Shown: one piece after another, positions 40,601 to 54,950 of the stretch | Position numbering within the stretch: position 1 is the first letter of the stretch | Layout: each line of letters starts with the position of its first letter | Assembly (NCBI GenBank): GCA_012295275.1 | Contig: CM022679.1 | Coordinates: forward strand, 13,454,001 to 13,518,000 | DNA length: 64,000 bases | Source of the DNA: Chrysomallon squamiferum | Taxonomy: Eukaryota; Animalia; Mollusca | Direction of reading: 5' to 3' | Notes under the pieces: generated by a model | Database searches by the model: none | Seen by the model: only the letters and a program-made list of their open reading frames with translations | What the model was told of the DNA's origin: nothing | Position numbers and translations under genes: made by a program

Positions 40601-43600
40601 ATAAATAAAAAATAAAAAAAAAAATGAAATAAACTTTGTTAAAAATATAAGAATATACTACTCAGAAATTATTGTTTCACTGTACAACTCAATCAAATTA
40701 CATTTCATCTACAAATTTTACATGGTGTTAATATCATTCTCATAATTTCTCAGAAATACATGTAATAGTGCAAGTCAGTAATTGTTATGAACTGAACAAA
40801 AATTAATATGATTACAGCAGTGACAAACCAAGACACATTAAAGAAAATATTTTACACAAATTAATTTAATTTGTTCAAATTAACAGTCGTGATCTTCATT
40901 TGACCTTAATGTAGGCCTCTACTTTGTCAGTATGAACAAACGGTATAAACACTTTCAGTGTATCTCCAAATTAATAGGTTTATTCTGGGTTTTTTTTTAA
41001 ATGACAATTAATCTTTGCTAATGATAAAGTATGACAGTAAAGATATACTATCATGAAACTGGATGAATATTGTAATTTTCTCCCTTTATCTGCATCAGTG
41101 ATGATGACATAATTTTGTTCGATGAGGATTGATTTCTTATAAGTTGTCAGAAAAAGATTAGGCTTTATCCAAATTAGCATGGACTCATACTTTAAAGGTT
41201 CTTTGTATGAATAAGATCAATATTTATTTAATAATTATTATTTCCTGCATTTAGGTATGTATCTGTACATGTGGGTATATATACATGTGCGAGTGAGTAA
41301 ATGAATGGATGGGTCAGTGAGTGATGCGTGCATGTGTGAGCAAGAAAAAAAAAAAATTAACATGCTAATAGGATCAAGCTATTTTTCAAAGATGCTTGTC
41401 ACAGTCAAACAGTGACAGACTTTAGCAGATAATAAAGCAGCAACATTCATTAAATACATTTAAATACCAAAAGTGATTAATGGGAAATCATATAGTAGAT
41501 TCAGACATTTGGGAAATCATACAAATAGACTCAAATACTTTTTATAATTCACTCAAAATATATGTAAGCAGATAGCTGTCCAATTATACATGTATTTACA
41601 AAGGAAGGAAGTGTTGGAGTTTGTATGTTACTTCTGGAGCAAGAGCATCATATTATATCCATTCTTTATTATTAACAAGAACTGGTTTGAAGAAACAAAT
41701 AAAATACTGAAAGAATACAGAGTGCATTTTGATCATTGATTGGCACATGACAACAAATATATATACTTTGACAGAACTGAAAATTAATCTGAATTGAAAC
41801 ATATGCAGTGTTGTGTGTTTTCAGACTTTGATAACTGGGGATATACATCTGTGAACTCACTTTCTTTGTTCATTAGTGCTATTTGTTCTTCTTTCTTCTC
41901 AACATCAACTTCATCTTTGTTTTTATACTGTTTTCTCCTTTCTAGGCAAATGTACACTATAGCTAAAGCTAATAATATTGCACATGCTGCCAACAAACAT
42001 GCTGTGATAATCAAAGGTATTTTGTAAAGGTCTTCAGTACACTGTGGACGATCTGAAATAAAACCAAAGTAACTTTGTAACATCACCTTTAGAAACAATC
42101 ATAAATTTAGCCATTTTTATCAAGCAACTAAACTTCTTCATAATACATTCACTTTCATACATAATCCACATATACACATGCAAATACATATATTCACACA
42201 CATACACACACACACACATTTATTACTTTATGGCTGTAACAAATAATAAATCTACCTTTGATTGTCTGATTAACAAGAAAGTCTGAAACAAAAACAAAAA
42301 ACAAAAATAAACTGGAGAAATAAGCTCAGAGAAAAGTTATTACTGTGTATAAAATGTGATCAAAAACACAAAAGTTATAAGTAACTTTGTGAAATTTATT
42401 TATTTATTTATCTGTTCATTTATTTAAATTTTATTTATTTATTTATTATTTATTTTAAAATTTTTATTTATTTATTTATGTCAGATAACAAGATACATAA
42501 TAAAAATGATACAGTACTGTTATAAAATATAATATCATCTAGCCTAGATAGGCTAGACACATTTTAAAACACACAAATAGCAAAAATAGTTCTTATTAGA
42601 AACCTTTATGACTTATAATACACATCTACCTACCTATACAATAATGAATACACTGTTGAGGAAAGTTCACATTTGTTGAGTTGAAGGAATGACAGATATC
42701 TTTGCAGTAATAGCACCTGTTGTCTTTAGGTACGCAATACTGTTCTATCTTATTACATATATCATGGCCACATCTAAACGTTTTTCCACTTGTCATCTTG
42801 TCTACGTCTGAAAATAAAACTATACCGTATACTGTTATTATTTCTCCAAATTCCAATTGAAGAGTAAATTTGATAATGCGAAAATTATTATATATACATT
42901 ACATATGTTTTATTTACATTTCTGCCCTTTGGCCTTAATTAATACTTTTATTCAGCAGTTTTTTTTGTTTTTTTTTTTTCAACGTTTTTTTTTAATTTAG
43001 TGTTGTCACACAAACTTTAGCTGTCAGTACATCATGTATGCATGGGAAAAATGGCGGCATTATAATATTTTGAAACTATTATTTTATTACTATACTTTGC
43101 TATGAACGACGGTATGCCAATCAAAATAGTAATATAAGTATAAATAATGCTATGACACCATTTATCAGACTACAGGTCTGCTTTAATAGTTAATATTTTT
43201 GTGGTTACAAGTATGTAATTATACAAAATAAGTGACCAATTTATTTATTTAATATATTCAGTACAATTTATATTTGTAAAACATACTTTTTACATATTTA
43301 TTTATTTATTATTGTTATTATCATTTTTTTCTTTCTATTTTACTTTCTCTTTTAAATGAACCAGCGATATCCATATTCTGGCTAAAAGTACTATCAACCT
43401 GTATACCATCATTTAACTGACATACTAATGTCATTTACAAACAAGTGGTTTCTAAACTGAGTTACCTGTTAACTTTTCAGATTTGCTTTGTCAGAAATAC
43501 TTTTTTCTTCTACGTACAGATCAGCGTGTTCAATATTATAATACTAACAGCCTTCTCACTTGTCTATTACGTAGGTGATATAAATAGCTCGGAATTTCCC

Positions 43601-46600
43601 AGCTGAAAATAGCATACACTAGACCAGAAGTATTAACCCTAAAATTTACCAAAGCATAAAAGTTTTGTACAAATAACACATAAAAAATACAGTAAAATAA
43701 TAATCTAAGAAAAATACTTTTTATTTATTTATTATTGTTATTAACATTTTTTCCTTTCTATTTTTCTTTCTCTTTTAAATGAACCAGTGATATCCATACA
43801 CATCATACTCTGCATACTCAACCTGCATACTATCATTTAACTGACATACTAATGTCATTTACAAACAAGTGGTTTCTAAACTGAGTTACCTGTTAACTTT
43901 TCAGATTTGCTTTGTCAGAAATACTTTTTAATACATAGAGATCAAAGTTTCAATATTATAATACTAACAGCCTGTTCATTTTTTAATCTTTAAAAAATAT
44001 AAATATGTTTGACCCAGAAAAAAATAGATCATACAATTGAGGATCAAGAGTAAATATTTTTGTTTTAACCAAAAAATTAACGTTTTGTACAAATAAATAT
44101 AAAATACAAAAAATAATAATCTAAGAAAAAATATACAGACAAAAATAAATTAAACAAATTTCATACAGTTTATGTAAAGAAAACAGTAAAACAGAAAAGT
44201 GTATGCTACCTTCGGTGAAGTTTGTTAGTTAGGATGGTTAAACTGAAAATAAAGAGTTGTAAAATTTATGTCACATTATTGGCGATGGAAAGTAGGTTGA
44301 GGAGGGATTGCTGTGATCATTTAGTTGAACTCAGAATAACTTAAGAATACATAGAGGCAAATTTCAAGTGGGAAAATTCAGTATGCTCAGTTTTTTAATC
44401 TTTTTAAAAAAATATCATGTTTGACCCAGAAAAATGGATCTGTGAAAATTGAGGATCAAGATGTAAATGTTTTTGTTTCAGCTAATTAATCTGGTAGTCT
44501 GCAATAAATACAAGTATTACAAATTTATTATTTACGGGTTTTTTCTGAATTATATATGCATTGATGTCACAGTTTCAGTGTTGAATGGGAACAATTCCAA
44601 AAAAAAAATATCACTTACTTGGATGTGTACTTATTTGCTGTTCTGTAATTATTCAGACAATCAGTTAAACTGAAAATAAAGACGGAGCATAGAACATTCT
44701 TGTCACATTATTGGCGATATAAATAGTTTTGGAATTTCTGTAATTATTTGCTTTAGTGTTCACCTAAGACTCAGACAACAGAAAATACAGCTATTACAAA
44801 TTTATTTATTTATGTTTTTTCAGTTTTAAATTATATATCTGTATACACACACATACACACATATGTAAAATGAAGCAAAATCACCTACTTGGATGTATAC
44901 TCATTTGCTTTTCTCTAATTAATTCCTGTGGTTTTCCCCATTATTATTTGGGGTTATCAAACAAACTGTAGCTGTCTGTCCATCATATATGCATTGATGT
45001 CACAGTTTCAGTGTTGAATGGGAACAATTCCAGTGTTATAATATTTTGAAACGGTATTATTTTATTATTATTTTTTGCTATGAACGACGGTATGACAATC
45101 AATTCAATATTATAATATTAAAATATAACAGACCATATTTTTGGGGTATGTTTTTTTAAAAATATTTTTGTAGTTTAAAGTATGTAATTATATTTTTATT
45201 TTAATATATTCATTTCTCTTGTTTGTCAAAATTAATATAAGTATAAAGAATGTTACAAGACCATATATCAGATTTCGGATATGTTTTAATAGTTAATATT
45301 TTTGTGGTTACAAGTATGTAATTATACAAAATAAGTGACCAATTTATTTATTTAATATATTCAGTACAATTTATATTTGTAAAACATACTTTTTACATAT
45401 TTATTTATTTATTATTGTTATTATCATATTTTTCTTTCTATTTTACTTTCTCTTTTAAATGAACCAGTGATATCCATATTCTGGCTAAAAGTACTATCAA
45501 CCTGTATACTATCATTTAACTGACATACTAATGTCATTTACAAACAAGTGGTTTCTAAACTGAGTTACCTGTTAACTTTTCAGATTTGCTTTGTCAGAAA
45601 TACTTTTTCTTGTATTTACAGATCAATGTGTTCAATATTATAATACTAACAGCCTTCTCATTTGTTTATTGTGTAGGTGATATAAAATAGCTCAGAATTT
45701 CCCAGCTGAAAATAGCATACACCAGACCAGAAGTATTAACCCTAAAATTTACCAAAACATAAAAGTTTTGTACAAATAACACCCATAAAATACAGTAAAA
45801 ATAATAATCTAAGAAAAATATACAGACAAAAATAAATTAAACAAATTTCATACAGTTTATGTAAAGAAAACAGTACAACAGAAAAGTGTAGGCTACCTTC
45901 GGTGAAGTTTGTTAGTTAGGATGGTTATCAGGGTAGTTGTAAAATTTACTCTTACCTTGATGGAAAGTGGGTTGAGAGGGGATTGCTGTGATCATATAGT
46001 TGAACTCAGAATAACTTAATAATACATAGAGGCAAAGTTTCAAGTGGGAAATGTCAGTATGTTCAGTTTTTAATCTTTAAAAAAAATCATGTTTGACCCA
46101 GAAAAATGGATCTGTGAAATTGAGGATCAAGAGTAAATGTTTTTGTTTCAGCTAGAAAATCTGGTAGTCTGCAATAAATACAAGTATTACAAATTTATTA
46201 TTTACGGGTTTTTTTTCTGAATTATATATCTGCGTCTCGCACACACACACACACACACACATAATGAAAAAAAAAGCAAATCACTTACTTGGATGTGTAC
46301 TTATTTGCTGTTCTGTAATTATTCAGACAATCAGTTAAACTGAAAATAATGACAGAGCATAGAACATTCATGTCACTTTATTGGCGATATAAATAGTTTT
46401 GGAATTTCTGTAATTATTTGCTTTAGTGTTAACCAAAGACTTGGACAACAGAAAATACAGCTATTACAAATTTATTATTTATGTTTTTCTTTTCTAAATT
46501 ATATATCTGTATACACACACATATGTAAAATGAAGCAAAATCACCTACTTGGATGTTTGCTTTTCTCTAATTAATTCCTGTGGTGTTCCCATTCAATCAG

Positions 46601-46889
46601 AAAATCAATTAAACTGAAAATAATTACGCAGCAGACTATTTGTGTTGTGTAGTTGGCACTATAAATAGTTTTTGGGAATTTCCAAACTAATTATAACTTT
46701 TTATTTTTATATTTTTAATATTATTATTATTTTCTTTTGATGTTAATTATTATTATTATTGCAATTATTTATTTATTTATATTACTTTTTAAATTGTGTG
46801 TGTGATCACAAATTACATAAAATAAAGACATCACAAATCATTCAAGAAGCTTTTTTTTCTCTTTTTTTTTTTTTTTACCATTTCTCTAA

Positions 46890-46921
<32 letters not shown>

Positions 46922-49382
46922 AAAAAGCAACACTGCATTTTATACAGGACAACAATATCAGTTATAATGTAATCACACAACACTTACAAAAGTTTGTTAA
47001 CTAGATAATTACTTTCCTCCTCTAATTTCTTTTCCAGATCAAAAACAGCTGTATAAGCACAGATTATTATATTTTATTTTATAAACATATTTTTTTTTTA
47101 TTTTTATTCTTTTTATTATATATACATATTTTTTTTTATTTTTTTATTCATTTTATTATATATACATATTTTTATTTTATTTTTATTCATTTTATAATAT
47201 ATACATATTTTTATTTTATTTTTTAATTTAATCAATGTTATCTGTCCTGAAGCTGTATTTGCAGACATGACTAGCTTTTCTTTCTTTCTTTCTTCTTCTT
47301 TTTCTTTTTCTTCTTCTTATTATTACTAATTTTTTTTATTTTTTTTTATTGTAACTTTTTGGAAATTTTTTTTAGATATTATTATTATTATTGCTATTAT
47401 TTCAATATTTTATTTATTTATCTATTTATTTATTTTATATTTTTATTTTGCTATGGTTTGTTACACTATTATAACAGTGAAATTTTTGTAATGTCTATTA
47501 TTTGTTTTCTAATTCTGCATAAATTAGTTATATTAATTACAAATTAATCTTATACCAAATAAGTCGGACATTTTATCTAGAACAACAGTAGTATATTAGT
47601 TGTGTTTAGAACATGTACATAATAATGTGATCTTTTTTTCATTTTGTATTTTATTTACATTTGTTTATATATTTTACCATTGGTATTTGACATTGTTTAC
47701 ATATGTAATTTTGCATGTTTGGTTCATTAACTAAATAATTGTAATATACACACTCAGTATTCATGTACATTATAAAACAATCTTAAACAAATAACCCAGA
47801 CACATTATTTAGAATAACAGTCAAAAATCATACTTCTAAACTCCTTTAATATTGTGCATTAAATACTCTGTATCAAATGGTGACATTCACATGACTAAGT
47901 TTCTTTATCTTTTGAATTTCGTAAATGTTATTCATCTGGCATGTTTTTTTCACAATAATCTATTAGATTAAGTAAGCAGTGTGATATAAAAAGATGATAC
48001 CAAAGCAAATATATATTAAGGTAATACAATCAAATGAAAAGTAGTTACAAAAAGAGATTCTTTTTTTATCTGGCATCTTACATTATTAAAGCCAAAACTA
48101 AACTACAATAAGCACAAGCTTAAATGAATAAAAAAATAAATAAATAAAAATAAATAAATAAGTAAATAAATAAATTAAATAAATTGAAACGAAATGAAAT
48201 AAATTTAAAAAAATAAATGATAAATAATTAAATTATTTTTTTAATTTAATTTTTTTTTGTTTGTTCATTAACTTTTATGAATACACCTTTGCAGCCCTCA
48301 ACCCTTCTTTATCTACGTCTGGAATCACTGTTTTCAGTTCATTTGGAAGACCAGATCCATTTGGAATATGTTTGTTCTTATTATGTATGGTAATCACTAT
48401 ATCATCATCATCAACAGCAATGGTCTGGTCTACAGTGTTTCTGTTTCTGTTTCTGGAATTCTGTCCAGCAGGATGATCTTGATCTGTTTCATTTATTTCC
48501 TGACTCAACACATTTCCAGAACTTCTTCTGTAGAGATGTCTATTAGTATCGACATGCTCTCATTCTTTTTCATCACTGCTGCAGTGGATATTCCCGTTGG
48601 GAACTGCCTGACACAAAGTTGTTGTATCTGTGTCCCCAGCTTCATCTCCTGCCTCTGTCTGTGATTCAGCACACCCGTTCTGCAACACCATCTTGTTCCC
48701 TAGAAAAATTAAAACTGGATATACTCACATCTTTTATTAGTCACTTGTGTAACTCCATGAGAAAAATAAATGAATAAATAAATAATAAGAAGAAAATGAA
48801 ATAAACATTGTTAAAAATATAAAAATATACTACTCAGAAATTACTCAGAAATAATTGTACAACTCATACAAATCACATTTTAGATATCATTAATGTCATT
48901 GTCACAATTACTCTGAAATACATAAGACAGAAATTGTTATGAACTGAACAAAAATTAAAATGGTATTAGCAGCGACACAATAAAACATCAAAGAAAATAT
49001 TTTACAAAAATTAATTTTGTTTGTTCAAATTAACGGTAGTGATCTCAATTAGACCTTAATGTAGGGCTCTACTTTGACAGTATGAATAGTGTATCTCCTA
49101 ATTTATAGGTTTTTTTTTTTTTTAATGACAACTAATCTTTTTTTTTTAAATGGAAACTAATGATAAAGTATGACAGTAAAGATGTACTATCATGAAACTG
49201 CACAAGTATTGTAATTTTCCGCCTTTAATTGACCATTTTGTTTGACGAGGACTGATTTGTCATAAGTTGTCAGAAAAAGATTTCCTGTATTCAAATTAGA
49301 ATGGGCTCATACTTTAAAGGTTTTTTGTATGGATAAGACCAATATGATTCAATAATTATTATTTCCTGCATTTATGTAGGTA

Positions 49383-49432
<50 letters not shown>

Positions 49433-50490
49433 CATGTGCAAGTGAGTAAGTGAATAGATGGGAAATCTTACAATTAGACTCAAACATTAGGGAAATCATA
49501 CAAATAGACTCAAATATTTTTTTTATAATTCACTCAAAATATATGTATGTAGGTAGCTATCCAGTTATATATGCATTTACAAAGGAAGGAAGTGTCAGAG
49601 ATCATATATTACTTCTGGAGCAAGAGCAAGATATTATTTTCATTTATTATTTTATGGCTGTAACAAATAATGAGCCTTACATTTCTCTATCTGATTGACA
49701 AGAAATCCTGAAACAAAAACAAAAAAGAAAAATAATCTGGTGAAATAAGCACAGAGAAAAGTTGTTACTCTGTACAAATTGAGATCAAAAACAAAAAGGC
49801 TGTAACAGTAACTTTGAGAAGATCTGTGTGTTTATTTATTTCATTTATTTATTTATTTATTTATTTATTTTATTTTATTTATTTATTATTTATTAATTAA
49901 TTTATTTATTTATTATTTATTTTATTTATTTATTTATTATTTATTTTAATTTTATTTATTTATTTATTTGTCAGATAACAAGACACATAATAAAAATGTG
50001 ACAGTACTGTTATAAAATATAGTATCATCTAGCCTAGAAAGACCTGCATTATAGAAACATTTTCAAACATACACATGGCAAAAACATTTGTTATTAGAAA
50101 TCTTTATGGATAATAAAACACATACACACGCTCATTCATAAATATTCAAACACATACAACACACACAGATACCAACACATAAAGACAAACTAACAAATGA
50201 AGATACACACATTAATACACATGCATATACACATCTACCTACCTACACAGAAACAAGTACACTGTTTGGGGAAATCTAAATGTGTTGAGTTGCACCAATC
50301 ATTGATATCTTTGCAGTAATAGCACCTGTCATTTTCATGTCACAGTACTGTTCTATCTCATCACATATATCGTCGCCACATCTAAACATTTTCCAGTTGT
50401 CATCTTGTCTATGTCTGAAAATAAAACTATACTGTTATTATTTCTCTAAATTCCAATTAACAAGTATATTTGAAAATGCAAACATTATTA

Positions 50491-50533
<43 letters not shown>

Positions 50534-53500
50534 TTATTTACAGCTCTGCCATTTGGCCTTAATTAATACTTTTATTCAGCTGGGTTTTTTTTGTTGTTGT
50601 TTTTTTCAACATTTTTTTTTTAATTTAGTGTTGTCACACAAACTGTAGCTGTCAGTACATCATGTATGCATTGATGTCACAGCTTCAGTGACGAATGGAA
50701 AAAATGGCAGCATTTTAATATTTTGAAACAGTATTATTTTATTACTATACTTTGTTAGAATGATGGTATGCCAATCAAAACAGTAATATAAGTATAAAGA
50801 ATTGTATCTCACCATTTATCACACCACAGTCATGCTGTAACAGTTAATATTTCTGTGTGGTTACAAGGATGTTATTTTACAAAATAAGAGATTACGAAGA
50901 AACAGTAAATACAGAAAATGTTATTTTGCTGTATCACCATTTAGTCTAGATATCCTCACAATGTTCATATTTCATATATAGATTATACAGACAGTCTGCA
51001 ATTAATGAAGTATATTTCAGGTAATATGTATATTACCTGAGTTTTATTACCTGGTCATACAGATTAACTGTAACATATATATATATATTTATTTATTTAA
51101 TAAAAATCAGGTAATGTACATATTACCTGAAATATAGTTCATTAATTTATATATATGTATGTTACAGTTAATCTGTATGACCAGGTAATAAATATATATA
51201 TATATATATATCATAGCCATAGCTATATTGAGGCAAATGAGGTAAATACCTCATACCAAAATTGAGGATTTTTTGTTTGTTTCAGATGTTGTGTTTTTGG
51301 GAGGTGCAGGGTTGTACAAAGATTTTATTTTAAAAATATAAAATATAAAAGGCTAGAATCGAGGATGTTGCATTTTTCAAGTCAGAGCTTCTGGGGGCCT
51401 TAGGCAGCTCTCATACACCTCGTTCAAATTGTTTTTCCCTTCTCCACTCAACGATTAACTTTTAATTATTTTCTTCCTCTAATTTCTTATCCAGGCTAGG
51501 TTTTAAAAATTTTTATGTCCCAAAATTGAGCTGTATTTCAGATCATTATATTTTATTTTATATTTTTATTTTATTATTTATTCATTTTTTTAATATTTAT
51601 TTTATTTTTTTTTAAAGCTGCATTTGCAGATGCGATGACTAATTTTATTTTCATTATTTATCTTTTTATTTATATTATATTTTAATATAACAACATTCAT
51701 CTAAAACCATCATTTGTTAACTTACACTCATGTCCTGAATATCTTACAAAATAATATCACTATGCCATTATTTTATAATTAATATCCACAAATTTTAGAT
51801 ATTTTACAATTAAGATTTGAAAATATTAAAATAGTACTCTGAACAAAAATGAGTAATTTAATTTTTGAACTTTAATAATAATAATAATAATAATAATGAT
51901 GATGATGATGATGATGATTATATTTGATGATGACAGTAATAATAATAATGAAAGCAACATAGTAGTAGTAATAGTGGTAGTAGCAAGAAAAAGATGAAGA
52001 AAAATAACAAAAAACAGCATCAGTTGATTCAATAACAACAACTACAACCACAACAAAAACAACAACAACAATAATAATTTAAATACTATAAAGCCAGCAT
52101 CATTTTTCTGAATTAAAATATAAATGTTATAAAAAGTATCAGTATTTCACAACCTAAATGTAAGTTTCATCAGCTTTTCACAAAATATTTTACATGCAAA
52201 ATCTATTACAAATTTTCCATGTGTAGCTGAAAATGATGGTATTTTTTTGTTGAATATCACTGTTTTATGTATGATGGCCTGTACATTATTACAACAAAAG
52301 TTTAACAACTTTGTCATATGTATCTATAAGATAATATTAAATTCTATTAATACTGACGTTTTGCCAATTTTACACCACACACAACACAAATACACAACCA
52401 TTTAAGTATGTTTATATATATATATGTATATATGTATGTGTCTGTGTGTGTTCCTCTGTGTATTTCTATATAATATATAGATAGATGCATAGACAGACAG
52501 AGAGACAGATAGATAGATAAATAGATAGATTTGCTCACAATTATCAGTTTTTGCTGATGAACTTGTTGTTGTTATTGTCACTGTTGTTTTCTCTTTTTTT
52601 CCATTACTACTGCTGCTACTACTCTAAAATCACTACTACCACTACCACTATACTGCTGCTGCTGCTGCAGCTACTACTTCTACTACTACTACTACTGCCA
52701 TCATCACTTCCATTATTTATTTATTTATTTATTTTACAGGATGTTCCTTTAATGGCAAATGCTATGGTGAAGGAGCATATTGGTCATACAGCTGCTCGAA
52801 ATTCACATGCATTAACAACAGCAACAAAACACATTTTCAGTGGAAAAGTGAGACTGTTAGCAAAGGTAAGAGAGTTGATAGAATTTCAGATTGTTAGCAA
52901 ATGTAAGAGAGTTGATAGAATTTCAGACTGTTAGCAAAGGTAAGAGAGTTGATAGAATTTCAGATTGTTAGCAAAGATAAGAAAGTTGATAGAATTTCAG
53001 ATTGTTAGCAAAGATAAGAAAGTTGATAGAATTTCAGACTGTTAGCAAATGTAAGAGAGTTGATAGAATTTCAGACTGTTAGCAAATGTAAGAGAGTTGA
53101 TAGAATTTCAGACTGTTAGCAAAGGTAAGAGAGTTGGTAGAATTTCAGATTGTTAACAAAGATAAGAGAGTTGATAGAATTTCAGATTGTTAACAAAGGT
53201 AAGAAAGTTGATAGAATTTCAGATTGTTTACAAAGGTAAGAAAGTTGATAGAATTTCAGACTGTTAGCAAAGGTAAGAGAGTTGATAGAATTTCAGACTG
53301 TTAGCAAAGGTAAGAGAGTTGATAGAATTTCAGATTGTTTACAAAGGTAAGAGAGTTGATAGAATTTCAGATTGTTAACAAAGGTAAGAAAGTTGATAGA
53401 ATTTCAGATTGTTAGCAAAGGTAAGAGAGTTGATAGAATTTCAGATTGTTAACAAAGGTAAGAAAGTTGATAGAATTTCAGATTGTTAACAAAGGTAAGA

Positions 53501-54919
53501 AAGTTGATAGAATTTCAGATTGTTAACAAAGGTAAGAGAGTCGATAGAATTTCAGATGTTGTTTCAGTTACTCATTAACAATTCAGCACTGTTTCATTCA
53601 AACTTTTCTACTATAATGTAAATTTTTACTTTATTGTTTTAAATTACCAATGCTTCAGATGTTATATCAAGATCTTGGATGCTATCAGCATTTCACAAAA
53701 TAAATGTTAGTGTTATCAATGTTTCATGATATAAATGTTATTATTATTTCAGTGTAAATGTTACAAATGTTGTCAGTGTTTCATAAAGTAAATGTTATCA
53801 ATTTTTCACAATGTAAATGCTATGATGTTATCAATATTTTGACTATCCATATATTTTAAGTGTCTTCAGTTTTTCACAATTTAAATGTCATGAATGTTAT
53901 CAATTTTTCACAATGTAAATGTTATAAATGTAATCACTATTTCACAATCTAAATGTTATAAGCTCATCGATATTTCACAAAAGTTATCAAGTTTCACAAT
54001 GTAAAAGATATCACTATTTCACAGGCTGCCTTGATTACAATGGTAAATGTCGCAAGGAAGGAGATAAGGTGACAAACAACTGTGTAACTTACGAGTGTAT
54101 ATGGGAAGACAAACCTGGCTTTTACCCTGTGGATGGAGGTAAAAGAATCATTTAAACTGAATATATATATATATATATATATCATAATATTTATTGTCAT
54201 CATCATTGTTGTCACAATCATCACTATAATCATCATTATTATTTATTTTGTTTATAGCAGCATGATTTTTCTTTAAATCTTATTGTTTCTGTTTCACGGT
54301 ATGGCTAATTTTCAGTATGTTTCCTTCAAAGAATTCTTCAAACAAGCCTGTCATGGTCATGTTTCCTGCCTTCTGCAGGGACTTCTGGTAAAGACTGGTA
54401 CCACTGTTAATAATGATAATATAATATATTTGTTGCTGTTTCATGATATTATAGTTCAGTAAGTGCAGAATTTTAGATCAGGTAATAGGAGCAAATAGAA
54501 GAGAGATGAAACAGAAACCTTTGTCTGACTGGGTCCCCCAAGTGTCACATGCCTTCTGACATCACAATAAAGAAATGACCTCATACGGGGCTGAACGATT
54601 TGCACTTTATATTGTTTATATGGGATTTAATTTCTTTTATTTTCATGATTCTTCTTTTTTTCTATATCAGATCATAAAGTCAAAGATCAGTATTCAGTTG
54701 TAATTTTATTTTTCTGTTGTTTTAGGTTGTTTGTGGCATGGGAAGTGTTATGATGCAAACTCAGAATGGAAAGAGCGCTGTTCCACTTACAACTGTACTG
54801 TGTTGATTAATGGCACGCACACTCAAAGAACTGTAATGCCTGTCCAACTGGGTAATCCATTTCACTACTATTACTACAACCACAACAACAACAACCACTA
54901 CTACTACTACTACTACTAC

Positions 54920-54950
<31 letters not shown>

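Larger units (their letters stand above)
47448..51640. repeat. Second copy of a multi-kb tandem duplication (first copy about 38761-47280) with internal deletions
   Basis: 38761-43233 is collinear with 47448-50891; 47005-47280 matches 51465-51640. Confidence 0.9.
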
